Source: an uncultured Gammaproteobacteria bacterium
GTDB lineage: Bacteria > Patescibacteriota > Microgenomatia > UBA1406 > GWC2-37-13
Direction of reading: 5' to 3'
Assembly (NCBI GenBank): GCA_964433155.1
Contig: CAYSQE010000003.1
Coordinates: 12,061 to 76,060, forward strand
DNA: 64,000 nt
Shown here: in pieces, positions 63,974 through 64,000 of the stretch
Layout of the letters: the number at the start of each line of letters is the position of its first letter
Numbering within the stretch: position 1 is the stretch's first letter
Made by a program: the position numbers and the translations under genes
Notes under the pieces: model-generated
What the model was told of the DNA's origin: nothing
Seen by the model: the letters and a program-made list of their open reading frames with translations, nothing else
The model's database searches: none

Positions 63974-64000
63974 CAATAGTTAGAAATTAATCGTAAATTG

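Overview
AT-rich (roughly one-third GC by eye), very gene-dense 64-kb window with about 65 CDS and 2 tRNAs. There is no rRNA, CRISPR array, transposase or phage gene. Spacers are tiny, ATGA start/stop overlaps are frequent, and convergent genes overlap. TGA, TAA and TAG all act as stops. Layout: (1) 1-12.2 kb is a housekeeping block: hisS (partial), a domain-1-less RF1-like factor, rpmE, rplJ-rplL, gyrB-ppa-gyrA, folD, miaA, a small orphan and lepA. (2) About 12.3-51.6 kb, and again 57.9-62.8 kb, form one very large cell-surface glycan locus. It holds several nucleotide-sugar routes: an RmlC-like/DegT/LbH-acetyltransferase module, the GDP-D-glycero-alpha-D-manno-heptose genes hddA-gmhA-gmhB-hddC, a CDP-3,6-dideoxyhexose-type operon headed by a split transketolase, gmd and galE. 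It also encodes 5 GT2, 3 GT4, 5 GT-C-like polytopic proteins, 3 MOP-type flippases, 4 SAM methyltransferases and 2 EamA transporters. (3) 51.6-56.8 kb carries tRNA-Gly, a GIY-YIG remnant and a putative acyl-lipid salvage module (alpha/beta hydrolase, AcpS, an AMP-ligase/carrier/PlsC fusion, a family III CoA-transferase). (4) The right end carries a Xer-type recombinase and tRNA-Leu. Gene content and style suggest a Candidate Phyla Radiation/Patescibacteria (Microgenomates-like) genome; this is an inference only. Most notable observations: short GC-rich palindromic elements with terminal inverted repeats inserted in-frame in lepA and in a GT-C gene (Rickettsia-palindromic-element-like); heptamer tandem repeats inside coding regions (xer, lepA); the transketolase-linked CDP-sugar operon that lacks an E3 reductase; and the tri-domain acyl-activation/acyltransferase fusion with its own PPTase. 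All functional calls come from motif recognition by eye; no searches were run.
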